A stretch of DNA of 35,823 bases. Source: Kofleriaceae bacterium (GTDB lineage Bacteria; Myxococcota_A; Polyangia; Haliangiales; Haliangiaceae). Of the stretch, positions 8,590 to 19,847 are shown in pieces (the first letter of the stretch is position 1; the number at the start of each line of letters is the position of its first letter). The translations under genes were made by a program, and so were the position numbers. Below the pieces are notes generated by a model. It did no database searches, was not told where the DNA came from, and saw only the letters and a program-made list of their open reading frames with translations. The stretch lies in NCBI GenBank assembly GCA_965215005.1, contig CBDCCZ010000028.1, positions 1-35,823 of the forward strand, given 5' to 3'.

Positions 8590-9333
8590 TTACTCCGGGT
8601 TGTACGTAAAACTCGTTTTAGTGACCGCGCCGAGTGGATCGCTGAGCGTCCAGCTGCCGATGCGTTCGGCCGCGCAATCTTTCCAGGCATCGGCCACCGG
8701 CTCGGCTCCCAGGGACGCAAACCCCACCGACTGCACCTGCCCGCGCGCGCCCACGTAGAGGGTGACTTCCACCGGTGCCGACTCGGCCATCTCGGCGCAC
8801 TCCGCGAGCTCGCCCGTGAGCTCAGCGACCTCCTCCAGGCCGCGGTCGGCGTACCACTGGCTGGCGCGCCGCGCGCTAAACTCGAGCGGCAGGGTGAAAT
8901 CGGCCTCGCCCCCTTGCGGCTCGACGAAGCGCATCGTGCGCGCCGTCTCCAGCAGGCACTTCTCGACCGGCCACGCCCCTAGATCGCTGCGCACCAGCTG
9001 CACCCAGCGCACGCTTCCATCCCGCGCCAGCTCGTATTTCAGCTCGACGTTGCCGCCGATGAAGCGCTTCTTGCCGACGTTGCGGTTGTAACAGGCCTCG
9101 AGCGCGCGCGCGTGAGGTCGTACGCCCTCTTGAATGTCGTAGGCAGAGATGCGGCCGCGTAGCCCGGCGACCTCGACGCCGTCGTCGGAGTCTTCATCCA
9201 TGTCCGGCACCGCCGCGCGCCGCGACATTGGCAGCTCGCCCGGCTCGATGCCGTCATCGGCCTGCCGCGCCGCTGGCTTATCCGCGCCGCCGCACGCCGC
9301 CGCCATTGCCGCGACAACCGCCATGCGGTGCAT
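8590..9333 (-). CDS. Lipoprotein with two AgmX/PglI C-terminal-like (TonB-C-like) domains
   Basis: Lipobox AAAC; LEACY...GNVELKY...VEKCL...FTLPLEF, then a second Cys-paired copy ending TSFTY. Confidence 0.8.
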   Translation of the reverse strand: MHRMAVVAAMAAACGGADKPAARQADDGIEPGELPMSRRAAVPDMDEDSDDGVEVAGLRGRISAYDIQEGVRPHARALEACYNRNVGKKRFIGGNVELKYELARDGSVRWVQLVRSDLGAWPVEKCLLETARTMRFVEPQGGEADFTLPLEFSARRASQWYADRGLEEVAELTGELAECAEMAESAPVEVTLYVGARGQVQSVGFASLGAEPVADAWKDCAAERIGSWTLSDPLGAVTKTSFTYNPE

Positions 9334-9801
9334 CTACAGCCTCTCGAAGCCGAAGGTGTAAGAGTACTCGAGCGGCCTGGGCAGCTCGGTGATCGTCCAA
9401 CTACGCACGCGCTCGAGCACGCAGTTCTCGAGCATCTCCGAGCGCGGCTCGGCTCCGGCGACGGTTACCTTTTGCGGCTGTCCCGCCGGCGAAATGATCA
9501 TATTGACCGTGATGGTGCCTTCTGCCTCTGCAGGCACCGCCTCCGCTTCGAGCGCATCGGCCCAGCAGCGGGCGACGATGCTGCGTTTGCGATCGAAGAA
9601 CGCCGCGACCTCGTCGAGCTTCTCGGCTGGCAACATCTCCGGCTGGATGGGCGTCTCGGACTCGGGCGGCGCATCCGGCAGCGGCTCGCCCTCTTCCACC
9701 AGCAGCGGCTCGGGGCCCTTGGGGCGGTCGTCGTGCCCGCCGCAGCCTTGCGCCATACAGCCAAGCAACCCAATACCCAATGCCCATCGAGCTACACGCA
9801 T
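9334..9801 (-). CDS. Lipoprotein with AgmX/PglI C-terminal-like domain
   Basis: Signal ending QGC; VARCW...GTITVNMIISPAG...LENCVLERVRSW...YSYTFGF; AAGGAG RBS. Confidence 0.8.
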   Translation of the reverse strand: MRVARWALGIGLLGCMAQGCGGHDDRPKGPEPLLVEEGEPLPDAPPESETPIQPEMLPAEKLDEVAAFFDRKRSIVARCWADALEAEAVPAEAEGTITVNMIISPAGQPQKVTVAGAEPRSEMLENCVLERVRSWTITELPRPLEYSYTFGFERL

Positions 9802-9819
9802 AACGCTCCTTTTACGGCC

Positions 9820-10968
<1,149 letters not shown>

Positions 10969-11006
10969 AGATCTACCTCGATGAAAACAGTGGGAGCGCG
11001 AGGGGC

Positions 11007-11789
11007 TTACTTGCCCTCAAATTTCGCCGGGCGCTTGGCGAGGAAGGCGGCCATGCCTTCCTTTTGATCAACCGTGGCAAACAGCCCGCCGAAGGCGCGC
11101 TGCTCGAGCAAGATGGCCGACTCGAGACTCATCGACTGGCCAACGTGAATCAGCCGCTTGGCCTCGGCCACCGCCAACGGTCCATTGGCCGCGATCGCGT
11201 TGGTGGTCTCGCGAACCTTGTCCATCAGCGCCGCGGGCTCGAGCACCGCGTCAACGAGCCCGATGCGCAGCGCCTCGGCAGCGTCGATGATCGAACCGGT
11301 GACGCATAGCTCTTTGGCCTTGGCCACGCCGACCCGGCGCGCCAGCCGCTGGGTGCCGCCAAAGCCGGGGATGACGCCGAGCTTGACCTCGGGCTGGCCT
11401 AGCTTGGCCCGGCTCGAGGCATAGATGAAGTCGCACGCCAGCGCCAGCTCACAGCCGCCGCCGAGGGCAAAGCCGTTGACCGCTGCGATGTAGACCTTGG
11501 CCGAGCTTTCGATGGCGGTGCCGAGATTGCCGCCCATCTCCGCCAGCGCTTGCGCCGCCAGCGGATCGAGCTCGCGCATCTCGGCGATATCGGCGCCAGC
11601 GACAAAGGCTTTGTCGCCGGCCCCGGTGACCGCCACCACCCGCACCTCATCGGAGAGCTCGAGCTCGGCGACGGCGTTGGTGAGCTCCGCCAAGACGCCG
11701 CTGCCCAGCGCATTGAGCGCCTTTTCGCGCGCGACCGTGAGAATGGCCAGCGGTCCGCTCAGCTCGACGGTGATGTATTGGTACTCCAC
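11007..11789 (-). CDS. crt: Enoyl-CoA hydratase (crotonase)
   Basis: Motifs KAFVAGADI, AVNGFALGGGCELALACD and GQPEVKLGVIPGFGGTQRL. The likely start is GTG 11789, just after the hbd stop. Confidence 0.92.
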   Translation of the reverse strand: MEYQYITVELSGPLAILTVAREKALNALGSGVLAELTNAVAELELSDEVRVVAVTGAGDKAFVAGADIAEMRELDPLAAQALAEMGGNLGTAIESSAKVYIAAVNGFALGGGCELALACDFIYASSRAKLGQPEVKLGVIPGFGGTQRLARRVGVAKAKELCVTGSIIDAAEALRIGLVDAVLEPAALMDKVRETTNAIAANGPLAVAEAKRLIHVGQSMSLESAILLEQRAFGGLFATVDQKEGMAAFLAKRPAKFEGK

Positions 11790-11790
11790 C

Positions 11791-12681
11791 TCAGGCCTTC
11801 TTTCCCTGCGGGTCGTACTTGTAGAAGCCGCGTCCGGCCTTGCGCCCGAGCCACCCGGCTGCCACGTGCTGGCGCAGCAGCGGACATGGCCGATACTTGT
11901 CGTCGCCGAGCTCGTCATGAAGCACTTCGGCGATCGCCAGGCAGGTATCGAGGCCGATGAGGTCGGCGAGCTCGAGCGGCCCCATCGGGTGATTGAGCCC
12001 GAGCTTGACGCCGGTATCGATGTCCTCGACGGTGCCGAGACCTTCATAAAGGGCGTAACAAGCTTCATTGAGCAGCGGAATCAACACCCGGTTGACGATG
12101 AAGCCGGGGATGTCGCGGGCCGCGATGGTGGTCTTGCCGAAGCGCTGCGCCAGCGCCACCGTGGTGTCGTAGGTTTCTTGGTCCGTTGGCAGCCCGCGCA
12201 CCACCTCGACCAGCTTCATCAGCGGCACCGGATTCATGAAATGCATGCCGATGACTTTTTCCGGACGCGAGGTCGTAGCGCCGAGCTTGGTGATGGAGAT
12301 CGACGAGGTGTTCGAAGCCAAGATCGCCTCGGGCGCGGTCACCTCGTTGAGGCGCCGAAAGATGCTCGTCTTGAGCGCTTCGGCTTCCGGCGCGGCTTCG
12401 ATCACGAAGTCGCAGCCGGCCAGCGACTCGTAGCCGTCGGCAGCACGAATGCGCGCGATGGCCTCATCCCGCTCGCCACTTCCGAGCTTGCTCTTCTCGA
12501 CCAAGCGATCGAGCACCTTGGAGATGGAACCCACCGCTTTCTTGGCGTCCGCCGGGCTCGCGTCGAGGATGACCACGCTCAGACCCGACTGCGCAGCCAC
12601 CTGCGCAATGCCGCGGCCCATTTGCCCGCCGCCGACGACACCCAAGCTCTTCACCGGGGCCGTGCCGCTCGCCGCGGCCAT
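11791..12681 (-). CDS. hbd: 3-hydroxybutyryl-CoA / 3-hydroxyacyl-CoA dehydrogenase
   Basis: Motifs GGGQMGRGIA, ASNTSSISIT, GMHFMNPVP, PGFIVNR and NHPMGPLELADLIGLD. Confidence 0.95.
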   Translation of the reverse strand: MAAASGTAPVKSLGVVGGGQMGRGIAQVAAQSGLSVVILDASPADAKKAVGSISKVLDRLVEKSKLGSGERDEAIARIRAADGYESLAGCDFVIEAAPEAEALKTSIFRRLNEVTAPEAILASNTSSISITKLGATTSRPEKVIGMHFMNPVPLMKLVEVVRGLPTDQETYDTTVALAQRFGKTTIAARDIPGFIVNRVLIPLLNEACYALYEGLGTVEDIDTGVKLGLNHPMGPLELADLIGLDTCLAIAEVLHDELGDDKYRPCPLLRQHVAAGWLGRKAGRGFYKYDPQGKKA

Positions 12682-13856
12682 CAGGCGCGCTCCACGAGCA
12701 AGGCGATGCCCTCGCCGCCGCCGATGCAGAGCGAAGCGCCGCCGGTGCGCGCCCCCCGTCGCTCCATCGCATAGAGCAGGGTCGTTAGGATGCGCGCGCC
12801 CGAAGCGCCGATCGGATGCCCAAGCGCCACCGCCCCGCCATCGACGTTGACCTTGGCGGCATCGAGCCCGAGCATCTGGTTGTTGGCGAGCGAGACCACC
12901 GCGAAGGCTTCATTGATCTCCCAGAGATCGACCTCCTTGGGGTCCCAGCCGGCCTTCTTGCAGGCCTTCTCGATTGCCGCGGCGGGCGCGGTGGTGAACC
13001 ACTCCGGCGCCTGGGCATGCTGCGCATAGCCCCGCACGCGAGCCAGAATCTTGGCCCCGCGGCGCTTGGCCATATCGGCGCTCATGATCACCACAGCGGC
13101 GGCGCCATCGTTGAGCGAGGACGCATTGCCGGCGGTGACGGTGCCGTCTTTCTGAAATGCGGTACGCAGCTCGGGCAGCTTGCCGATGTTGCCGCGCCCG
13201 GGCTCTTCGTCGCTCTCGACCACCACGTTCCCTTTGCGGGTGGTGACGGTGACCGGCGCAATCTCTTTTTTGAAGGTGCCGCTCTCGATGGCGGCCTGCG
13301 CGCGGCGATAACTCTCGGAGGCAAACGCATCTTGCGCGGCGCGGTCGACCTTCTTCTCGCGCGCGCACAGCTCGGCGCAGTTGCCCATATGCTGGTCGTT
13401 ATAGACGTCCCAGAGGCCATCGTGGATCATCGAGTCGATGGCTTGCACGTGGCCCATCTTGACCCCTTCCCGCAGCCGCGGCAGCAAGTGCGGCGCGCCG
13501 CTCATCGACTCCATGCCGCCGGCGACGACGATCTCGGAATCGCCTAGCGCCACCGCCTGCACCGCCGCGATCACGGTCTTGAGACCCGAGCCACACACTT
13601 TATTAACGGTGGTACATGGCACGCTCTGGGGCAGCCCCGCGGCCAGCGCCGCCTGCCGCGCCGGAGCTTGGCCGAGCCCCGCTGGCAACACGCAGCCCAT
13701 GAGCACCTCGTCGACCTCATCGCCGCTAACGCCACTGCGCTCGAGCGCAGCTTTGATGGCCACCGCGCCGAGCGCGGTAGCGGACACTGACGACAACGCG
13801 CCGAGAAAGCTGCCAATGGGAGTACGTGCGGCTCCTACGATGACCACGTCACGCAT
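12681..13856 (-). CDS. atoB: Acetyl-CoA C-acetyltransferase (thiolase)
   Basis: Motifs RTPIG, NKVCGSG, NEAF, GHPIGASG and CIGGG; GGAGAG RBS. Confidence 0.93.
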   Translation of the reverse strand: MRDVVIVGAARTPIGSFLGALSSVSATALGAVAIKAALERSGVSGDEVDEVLMGCVLPAGLGQAPARQAALAAGLPQSVPCTTVNKVCGSGLKTVIAAVQAVALGDSEIVVAGGMESMSGAPHLLPRLREGVKMGHVQAIDSMIHDGLWDVYNDQHMGNCAELCAREKKVDRAAQDAFASESYRRAQAAIESGTFKKEIAPVTVTTRKGNVVVESDEEPGRGNIGKLPELRTAFQKDGTVTAGNASSLNDGAAAVVIMSADMAKRRGAKILARVRGYAQHAQAPEWFTTAPAAAIEKACKKAGWDPKEVDLWEINEAFAVVSLANNQMLGLDAAKVNVDGGAVALGHPIGASGARILTTLLYAMERRGARTGGASLCIGGGEGIALLVERA

Positions 13857-14046
13857 GATTTGCTCTCCTTGCTCGCGACCCGCGACACCTGCGAGGATTC
13901 GGCTGCGCCCGATTGGCCGCGCATAAACATAGAGCCGGCTCGGATGGTTCCGCGCCGAAGCGCAACTGCGAACTCAAATGATGCAAATAGCTTCGAAGTC
14001 CGCGCCGGCCCCCAAAGGATGGCGCATGGATAGCCCACCGCTCGCG

Positions 14047-15795
14047 ATGGTGTCAAGCCGCCCGCGGCGTCGGCTGACCAGCGTTTACTGCTTTTGTTTC
14101 GCAATCTTGGCCGTCCTCGGCTGCGGCGACGAGCCGCTCACCAGCGTCACCTATCGCGCGATTGCGCCTGCCGCCCCACTGGATACCGGCGGCTGCCCCG
14201 ACCAAGGCGGCAGCGCGCCCCTGGCCCTCGATGACGCCACCCACGTCCGCCTCACCTATCGGGCCACGGGCGGCGGTCCGCTGCGCTGCGACGCGTTGCT
14301 CGATCGCTCCGCGCCGCCGGCCGCGGTGGCCGTGCCTGCAGGCGGCGCCCTCGACGTCACGGTGGAATATCTTCGCGCCATCCCCGCCGGCGGCTATCGC
14401 ACCGTCGGCGTCGGCAGCGCTCGCGGCGTCGACCTCGCCGCGACCGATGTGGTCGAGCTGGTCGTCACGCCGCGTGATGGCTTCTCGTGCGGCGCGGCCG
14501 ATCTCGCCGTGCCGCGGGCGTTTCACACCGCCACCGCGTTGCCAGACGGAGCGGTGCTGGTGACCGGCGGCATCGGTGGCAGCGGCGTCATCGACCTTGG
14601 CCAAGGCCTGCGCGGCGCCGCCGGAATCGAGCTCCTGGACCCAGCGACTGGCAGCTGGCGGCAGGTGGAGGTGCCGGAGCTAGTGCCGCGCGCCATGCAT
14701 CGCGCCGTGACGCTGGTGACCGAGGCCGACCGCGTGGTGATCGCGCTCGTCGGCGGCATCACGGTGGCCGAGCCGGCGGTCAACCCGCTGCTGGTGCCGG
14801 GCGGGCCGTATCGCTTGTTGCCAGCGCCCGCAGCCACCGGTGCGCCGACCGAGCTGCTCACGTACACACCCTCGACCGGCGCGGTGGTGCGCGAGCTGAT
14901 CCCGCCGGAGCTCGATATCGTGCCGCGGCAGAGTGCCGCCGTTGCCGCAACGGCCCGCCCCGTCATCGTCGGCGGCACCACCGATGGCGTGACCCCCGAT
15001 CCCACCTTTCAAGTGCTGCGCGCTGACGGCGCCGGCGCGCAAGCCACCGCCAACCTCGCCACCCCGCGGATCGGTGCCAGCGCCACTGCGCTCGACCCCG
15101 CCACGGCGTTGGTTTGGGGCGGCGTGGTGAGCGAGCCGCCGGGGCCGATCGGCGAGCGGCTCATGGGCCTCGAGCCGGGGGCGGTGCCGAGCTCGACCGC
15201 GCTGTCGTTCGTTGGCGACCCGCCGACCCCGCGCGCGCATCACGCCGCCGCGGCCGCCGGCGACGGCAGCGTCATCGTCGCTGGCGGCTTCGCGCCGTCT
15301 GCGGCCGAGCCAGTGCTCGCGCCGGTGCTCGCGCAGCGGATTGTGCTGAGCGAGCCGCCCGCGGTGCAGAATCTCGCCGTCGTCGGCGGCAACGGCGCCG
15401 TGCCCCTGGCCTACCCCAGCGCCACCGCCGTCCTCGGCGGCGATGTCGTCATCGCGGGCGGCAACCCGGCACTCGGCACCGAGGGCTGCAGCGGCGCGAG
15501 CGGCGGCCTGGTGTGCGCCACCGGACGTGGCTATCGCTTCCAGCTCGCCCAGCTGGTGCTCGCCGAGGTGGGCCAGCTCATCGTGCCGCGCTACGGCCAT
15601 CAGCTCACCGCGGTGGCCGACGGCACGGTGCTGGTGACCGGAGGTCTTACGGCGACCGGCGAGGAGCTGCGGTTCGTCGGCGACGTCGAGCGTTTCGATC
15701 CACGCGACGAGAGCTACGATCCGATTGCCGATCTCGCGCCGGAGGTGACGCGGGCATCGGGGGAAACCGCCGCGCCGTGCGTGCTCGTCGAGTAA
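14047..15795 (+). CDS. Kelch-repeat (beta-propeller) lipoprotein
   Basis: Lipobox VLGC; repeats PRAFHTATALPDGAVLVTGG, PRAHHAAA..GDGSVIVAGG and PRYGHQLTAVADGTVLVTGG. The start is uncertain (13978, 14026 or 14047). Confidence 0.85.
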   Translation: MVSSRPRRRLTSVYCFCFAILAVLGCGDEPLTSVTYRAIAPAAPLDTGGCPDQGGSAPLALDDATHVRLTYRATGGGPLRCDALLDRSAPPAAVAVPAGGALDVTVEYLRAIPAGGYRTVGVGSARGVDLAATDVVELVVTPRDGFSCGAADLAVPRAFHTATALPDGAVLVTGGIGGSGVIDLGQGLRGAAGIELLDPATGSWRQVEVPELVPRAMHRAVTLVTEADRVVIALVGGITVAEPAVNPLLVPGGPYRLLPAPAATGAPTELLTYTPSTGAVVRELIPPELDIVPRQSAAVAATARPVIVGGTTDGVTPDPTFQVLRADGAGAQATANLATPRIGASATALDPATALVWGGVVSEPPGPIGERLMGLEPGAVPSSTALSFVGDPPTPRAHHAAAAAGDGSVIVAGGFAPSAAEPVLAPVLAQRIVLSEPPAVQNLAVVGGNGAVPLAYPSATAVLGGDVVIAGGNPALGTEGCSGASGGLVCATGRGYRFQLAQLVLAEVGQLIVPRYGHQLTAVADGTVLVTGGLTATGEELRFVGDVERFDPRDESYDPIADLAPEVTRASGETAAPCVLVE

Positions 15796-15830
15796 GCACG
15801 AGCGAGGCTCTTTCGACGCCGCACAAGGGC

Positions 15831-17759
15831 TCACTGCCAAGGGTTATCGATATCAAGCTCCGGGCGCTCACGCGCGGCAGGCTCCGGCGCGGTCATCGGC
15901 TCAGGGCGCGCGGCGGGTTGCGCGCGCGGCGGCGCCGGCGAAGCCTTGGCGGCGGGACTGGGCTGGGAAGCGGCGCGCGTGGCCTTTGGCGGCCGTGGAG
16001 CCGGCGCGGGATGCGCGCGAGGGCGCGTGGGCACGGCCTCCACTGGCTCGAGCATGAGCACCACCGCCCGCTCATCGGCGCCAACGATGCGCTCCTCCGT
16101 GGCGTAGCCGGCAGCGCTCGCGCGTATCGTGTGAACGCCGCCATCGACCGTCACGGTCGCGGGGTTGGCGGGCAGCCGCTCTTCATCGATGAAGATGGCA
16201 GCGTGCGCAGGCATGGCTCGCACGATGAGATACGAAGCGGCCGGTGTTGCCGCGGACTCCGCCTCGGCAAGCGACGGCGCGACGTTGGCGGGCGCAACGA
16301 TCGGCGGCGTATCGGCTTGCGCCGGCAAAAGCTCGGTCCTATCGACCACCGGCGGGTCGAGCTGCAGCGGGCCATCGCTTCGACGACCGATGACCAAGGC
16401 GGCCACCACCGCGACCGCGACGAAGCCGACCGCGAAGCCCGCGCTCAGCAGCTTGCGACGCGATTTCTTGCGGCTTCTGCGTCTCTCGGCAGCCAAGCTC
16501 GCCGGCACCTCGGCGCGGGTCTCGGCTTCTGCCGCAGCTGGCGATGAAGGCACGGAGGTTGGCGGGCGCAACGCGGTCGGTGCGTCTTCGATGGGCTCCC
16601 GAGGCTCGATGACGGGCAGCTCGGCGAGCTGCGCCGCCACCACCTCCTGCGTCTGGGTTCGTTCCTTGGCAAAGAGAATCGCCACGAGTTGGCCCACGTC
16701 GACGCTCATCGCTGGAGCCCCAAGCCCTGCAAGGCTCTCCTCGAGCTCCAGCTTGAGGGCTCGCGCCGTCGGCGGACGATTCGCGGGGTCCCGCGCCAGG
16801 GCGCGATGGATCAGCTCCGCCAGCAGCGGCGGCACATCCTTGGCAACGTAGCGCAGCGGTGGAAGCTGGCCGCGCACCGAACGATCCATGATCTCGTAGT
16901 CGGAGGCTCCGGCGGGCCATAGTCGGCGACCAGCCACCGCCTCCCACAACAGCACGCCCATCGAATAGAGGTCCGAGCGCCGATCTTGCGGCTTGCAGAG
17001 AATGCCCTCTGGCGCCATGTAGCGAATCGTTCCCTTGAGGATCCCGGTTCGCGTCTGATAGGACCGTCCTGCCGCCTTGGCGATGCCGAAGTCCAGGAGC
17101 TTTACGCGGCCGTCGTAGGTGAGAAAGATGTTGGCGGCTGACACGTCACGGTGCACCAGGTGCAGCGGCGTGCCGTCGTAGTTGGCGAGCTCGTGGGCAT
17201 AGTGCAGTGCGTCCAGGACGTCGGCAAGGATGCGCAGATGCAACGACAGCGGCAGCCGCGCGCCGGTGCGACTCACGCGCGATCGCACGTGGTTGAGCGA
17301 GTGACCTTCGAGGTGCTCCATGACCAAGAAGTGGGTGTCGCCGACGTGATCGGTCTCGAAGGTCTGAACGATGTTGGGATGATTGAGCCGCGCCGCGAGC
17401 TGGGCCTCGCTCAAGAACATCGCGATGGTCTCGGGATTCGTCGCCAACGACGCGCGCAAGACTTTCAACACCAAGAGCTTGCGGAACTGCCCCGGACCTT
17501 GCGCCACGGCCAGGTACACGCGCGCCATGCCGCCGGCCCCGAGCGGCGTCAGGATTCGATAGCGACCAAGGATGGCACCTGGAGCAAGCGGCGGGTCGAG
17601 CTCGACTTGCTCGCGCACGTCCGCTACTGCAGGCTCGGCACTGGAAGGCGCCGTCGCAGGCGAATCGCTCGAATCGGAATAACTGGTGGCGCGCTTGGCC
17701 ACCTCTTCAGGATGAACCGCGCCGAGGTGACGGGTCAAGCGCAACCATCCTGGCGCCAA
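15831..17759 (-). CDS. Membrane Ser/Thr protein kinase with periplasmic PEGA domain
   Basis: Motifs LGAGGMA, VLK, HRDVSAAN, DFG and YMAPE; TM segment FAVGFVAVAVVAALVI; PEGA-like AMPAHAAIFID...HTIRASAAGY; Pro/Ala tail ending LDIDNPWQ. The start is uncertain. Confidence 0.93.
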   Translation of the reverse strand: MAPGWLRLTRHLGAVHPEEVAKRATSYSDSSDSPATAPSSAEPAVADVREQVELDPPLAPGAILGRYRILTPLGAGGMARVYLAVAQGPGQFRKLLVLKVLRASLATNPETIAMFLSEAQLAARLNHPNIVQTFETDHVGDTHFLVMEHLEGHSLNHVRSRVSRTGARLPLSLHLRILADVLDALHYAHELANYDGTPLHLVHRDVSAANIFLTYDGRVKLLDFGIAKAAGRSYQTRTGILKGTIRYMAPEGILCKPQDRRSDLYSMGVLLWEAVAGRRLWPAGASDYEIMDRSVRGQLPPLRYVAKDVPPLLAELIHRALARDPANRPPTARALKLELEESLAGLGAPAMSVDVGQLVAILFAKERTQTQEVVAAQLAELPVIEPREPIEDAPTALRPPTSVPSSPAAAEAETRAEVPASLAAERRRSRKKSRRKLLSAGFAVGFVAVAVVAALVIGRRSDGPLQLDPPVVDRTELLPAQADTPPIVAPANVAPSLAEAESAATPAASYLIVRAMPAHAAIFIDEERLPANPATVTVDGGVHTIRASAAGYATEERIVGADERAVVLMLEPVEAVPTRPRAHPAPAPRPPKATRAASQPSPAAKASPAPPRAQPAARPEPMTAPEPAARERPELDIDNPWQ

Positions 17760-17784
17760 GCCTGCGACATGTGCGTATAAGCGC

Positions 17785-18783
17785 TCACGGTGCCAAGCGA
17801 CTCTGTGGCCACGTCAGCCCCCACGTGAAGTAGCCCGGGCGGCTCACCAACGTCGCCCGAGCGACCTCCACCGATTCTCCGGCCACGGTGAGATACGCGA
17901 CGGCCTCGACCACGCCAGGCGGCAAGTTCACCAAGGCGATGAGCGGAAACTCAGTGCTGCGAATGGTCTCCACCCGCAACTGCCGATTCAAATAGAGGAT
18001 CTGGGTCTCTGGCAGTGAGGGCGCGAGCTCGACGCGCAGCCCTTCGTAGCCAACGTCTGCAGGTCCGCGGAGAACATCGGCGCAGTTCCTTAGCCACAAC
18101 ATCCCGTGACTACCCTCGATGGGCATCTTCACGTCGTTGTTGGTCTCAAGTACGCTTATTAGCTCCTCGGTTGCCGCCTGAAAGGCATAGCCGAAGCCGT
18201 TCTCGGCCGCCACGGCGTTGCCAGGGACCCCCACGCTCACGATCGTCGGCCGCGTTCCGGGGGCTTCGATTTCAAAGAAGGTGAGCAGGTTCGGGGGCAG
18301 AAGGAAGCGCGTCTCGCCGCTCTCATCTAGAACATCGTCGACGATCGCCAGCGGCGAGGTGCACTCGGGATCGGCGAGCTCGCAGAGCTTGGCAGTACCG
18401 CCGGTCGGCGGCAGACCCCCATATTGGTCGTAGAACTTCACATACAGCGGGATAGGCGCGGTTGTGTCCGGGATTTCGTAGCGGCGATGGCAGCTCCAAA
18501 GATCCCCCACGTCACGGCATACGTTGCTCAGGCACACGTAGTCGCCACACTGCTCATCGCTGTCGCAGCGAGCGCTGAGGTTCTCCAAGCGACAAAGCCC
18601 TTCGAAGCAGACTCCCCCGAGACTGCACTCGGCGTTCGTGCGGCACTGCTCTTGATCCGCCGAATACAGGAAAGAACAGCCGCTGAGCGCAGCACTGAAC
18701 GAGACGACGAGACTCAGCAGCCAATATCGCCGCGACTCACGCAACAGGAGGTGCGCCGTGGGCGCTCGGCTCACTCGAATCAC
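17785..18783 (-). CDS. Cys-rich lipoprotein, paralog 1
   Basis: Lipobox LSGC, two C-x5-C-x3/4-C-x4-C repeats, then a beta-rich body; GGAGG before the GTG. Confidence 0.8.
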   Translation of the reverse strand: MIRVSRAPTAHLLLRESRRYWLLSLVVSFSAALSGCSFLYSADQEQCRTNAECSLGGVCFEGLCRLENLSARCDSDEQCGDYVCLSNVCRDVGDLWSCHRRYEIPDTTAPIPLYVKFYDQYGGLPPTGGTAKLCELADPECTSPLAIVDDVLDESGETRFLLPPNLLTFFEIEAPGTRPTIVSVGVPGNAVAAENGFGYAFQAATEELISVLETNNDVKMPIEGSHGMLWLRNCADVLRGPADVGYEGLRVELAPSLPETQILYLNRQLRVETIRSTEFPLIALVNLPPGVVEAVAYLTVAGESVEVARATLVSRPGYFTWGLTWPQSRLAP

Positions 18784-18802
18784 GCATGCCTCCGCATGTA
18801 AA

Positions 18803-19828
18803 CTACGGCGCCTCGCGACTCTGCGGCCACAACATGCCCCAAGTGAAGTATCCAGGTCGGCTCACGAACGTTCCCTGCGCCACCTCCACCTCCTGACCGT
18901 CAACATCGATGTAGGCGGTGGCGGTAAAGGCTCCTGGCGGCAGGTTCACCACCCCCACGTAGCCCTCCGAATTCGTTCGATCCCGGGAACCGACCAGATC
19001 ATTGTTGAAGTAAAGAATCTTCGTGTCGCTCGCCACAGCGGAAAGCTCGATTCGCACCCCTTCGTAGCTCGTGCCCGGCATAAACCCATCAAAGAAGTCG
19101 CGACAGTTATTTAGCCACAAAATCCCGTGACTGCCTGCGGGCGGAATGTCGATGGTATTGCGCGTTGCGAGCTCTTGCAGTAGCTCGTCGCTACCGTAAA
19201 ACAGTGGGAAACGAATGATATTCCCATCGGAGAGAGCCAACGCATTGGCGGTAAGCCCCGGGCTGACGAGCTGCGGCCTGAGAGACTCGAGCTCGAGGTC
19301 CATATACACCTGACGGTTGGGCGGAAGCAAAAAGGACACTTCCCCTTCCGCGTTCAGCGCATTGTCGACCATCGAGAGCGGCGAACTACACGTCGGATCC
19401 GTGGTGTCGCATAGCTTGGCCTGCCCTCCTGTGGGCAACGGCTCATCGAAGAAGTTATAGAGGCTAACCTCGAAGGACTCACTGCTCGTAGGCTGGATCG
19501 CCTCATAACGCCGATGACAGCTCCATTCCGGGCCAATGTCACGACAGAAGCCTGACAAGCAGCGATAGTCGCCGCATTGGTCATCGGTGTCGCAGGGGGC
19601 GGCGAGACTATCAACGCGGCACAAACCATCGTAGCAGACGCCCACCGCGCAGTCCGCGTTCACGGAACACTGCTCTTGGTCGGCGGTGAGCAGCAGCGAG
19701 CAGCCAGCCAAGCTCAGAGCCATCGCAATGCCCACAACCAAGAACATTCCTCGCTCACGCGAGCGCGCGAATTCCCTTCTCAAGCGGTGGTGGTGGTTCG
19801 TTAGGAGCATTCGCCGCATAGACTTCAT
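18803..19828 (-). CDS. Cys-rich lipoprotein, paralog 2
   Basis: Lipobox LAGC; colinear with paralog 1 (ADQEQC, DQCGDY, WSCHRRYE, SRPGYFTWG). The start may be as late as 19747. Confidence 0.8.
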   Translation of the reverse strand: MKSMRRMLLTNHHHRLRREFARSRERGMFLVVGIAMALSLAGCSLLLTADQEQCSVNADCAVGVCYDGLCRVDSLAAPCDTDDQCGDYRCLSGFCRDIGPEWSCHRRYEAIQPTSSESFEVSLYNFFDEPLPTGGQAKLCDTTDPTCSSPLSMVDNALNAEGEVSFLLPPNRQVYMDLELESLRPQLVSPGLTANALALSDGNIIRFPLFYGSDELLQELATRNTIDIPPAGSHGILWLNNCRDFFDGFMPGTSYEGVRIELSAVASDTKILYFNNDLVGSRDRTNSEGYVGVVNLPPGAFTATAYIDVDGQEVEVAQGTFVSRPGYFTWGMLWPQSREAP

Positions 19829-19847
19829 TGTCGTAGATTGCGCCTAA

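Noticed and set aside
11790..12068. N-terminal extension of the enoyl-CoA hydratase
   Set aside because: It overlaps hbd; family similarity starts at GTG 11789.
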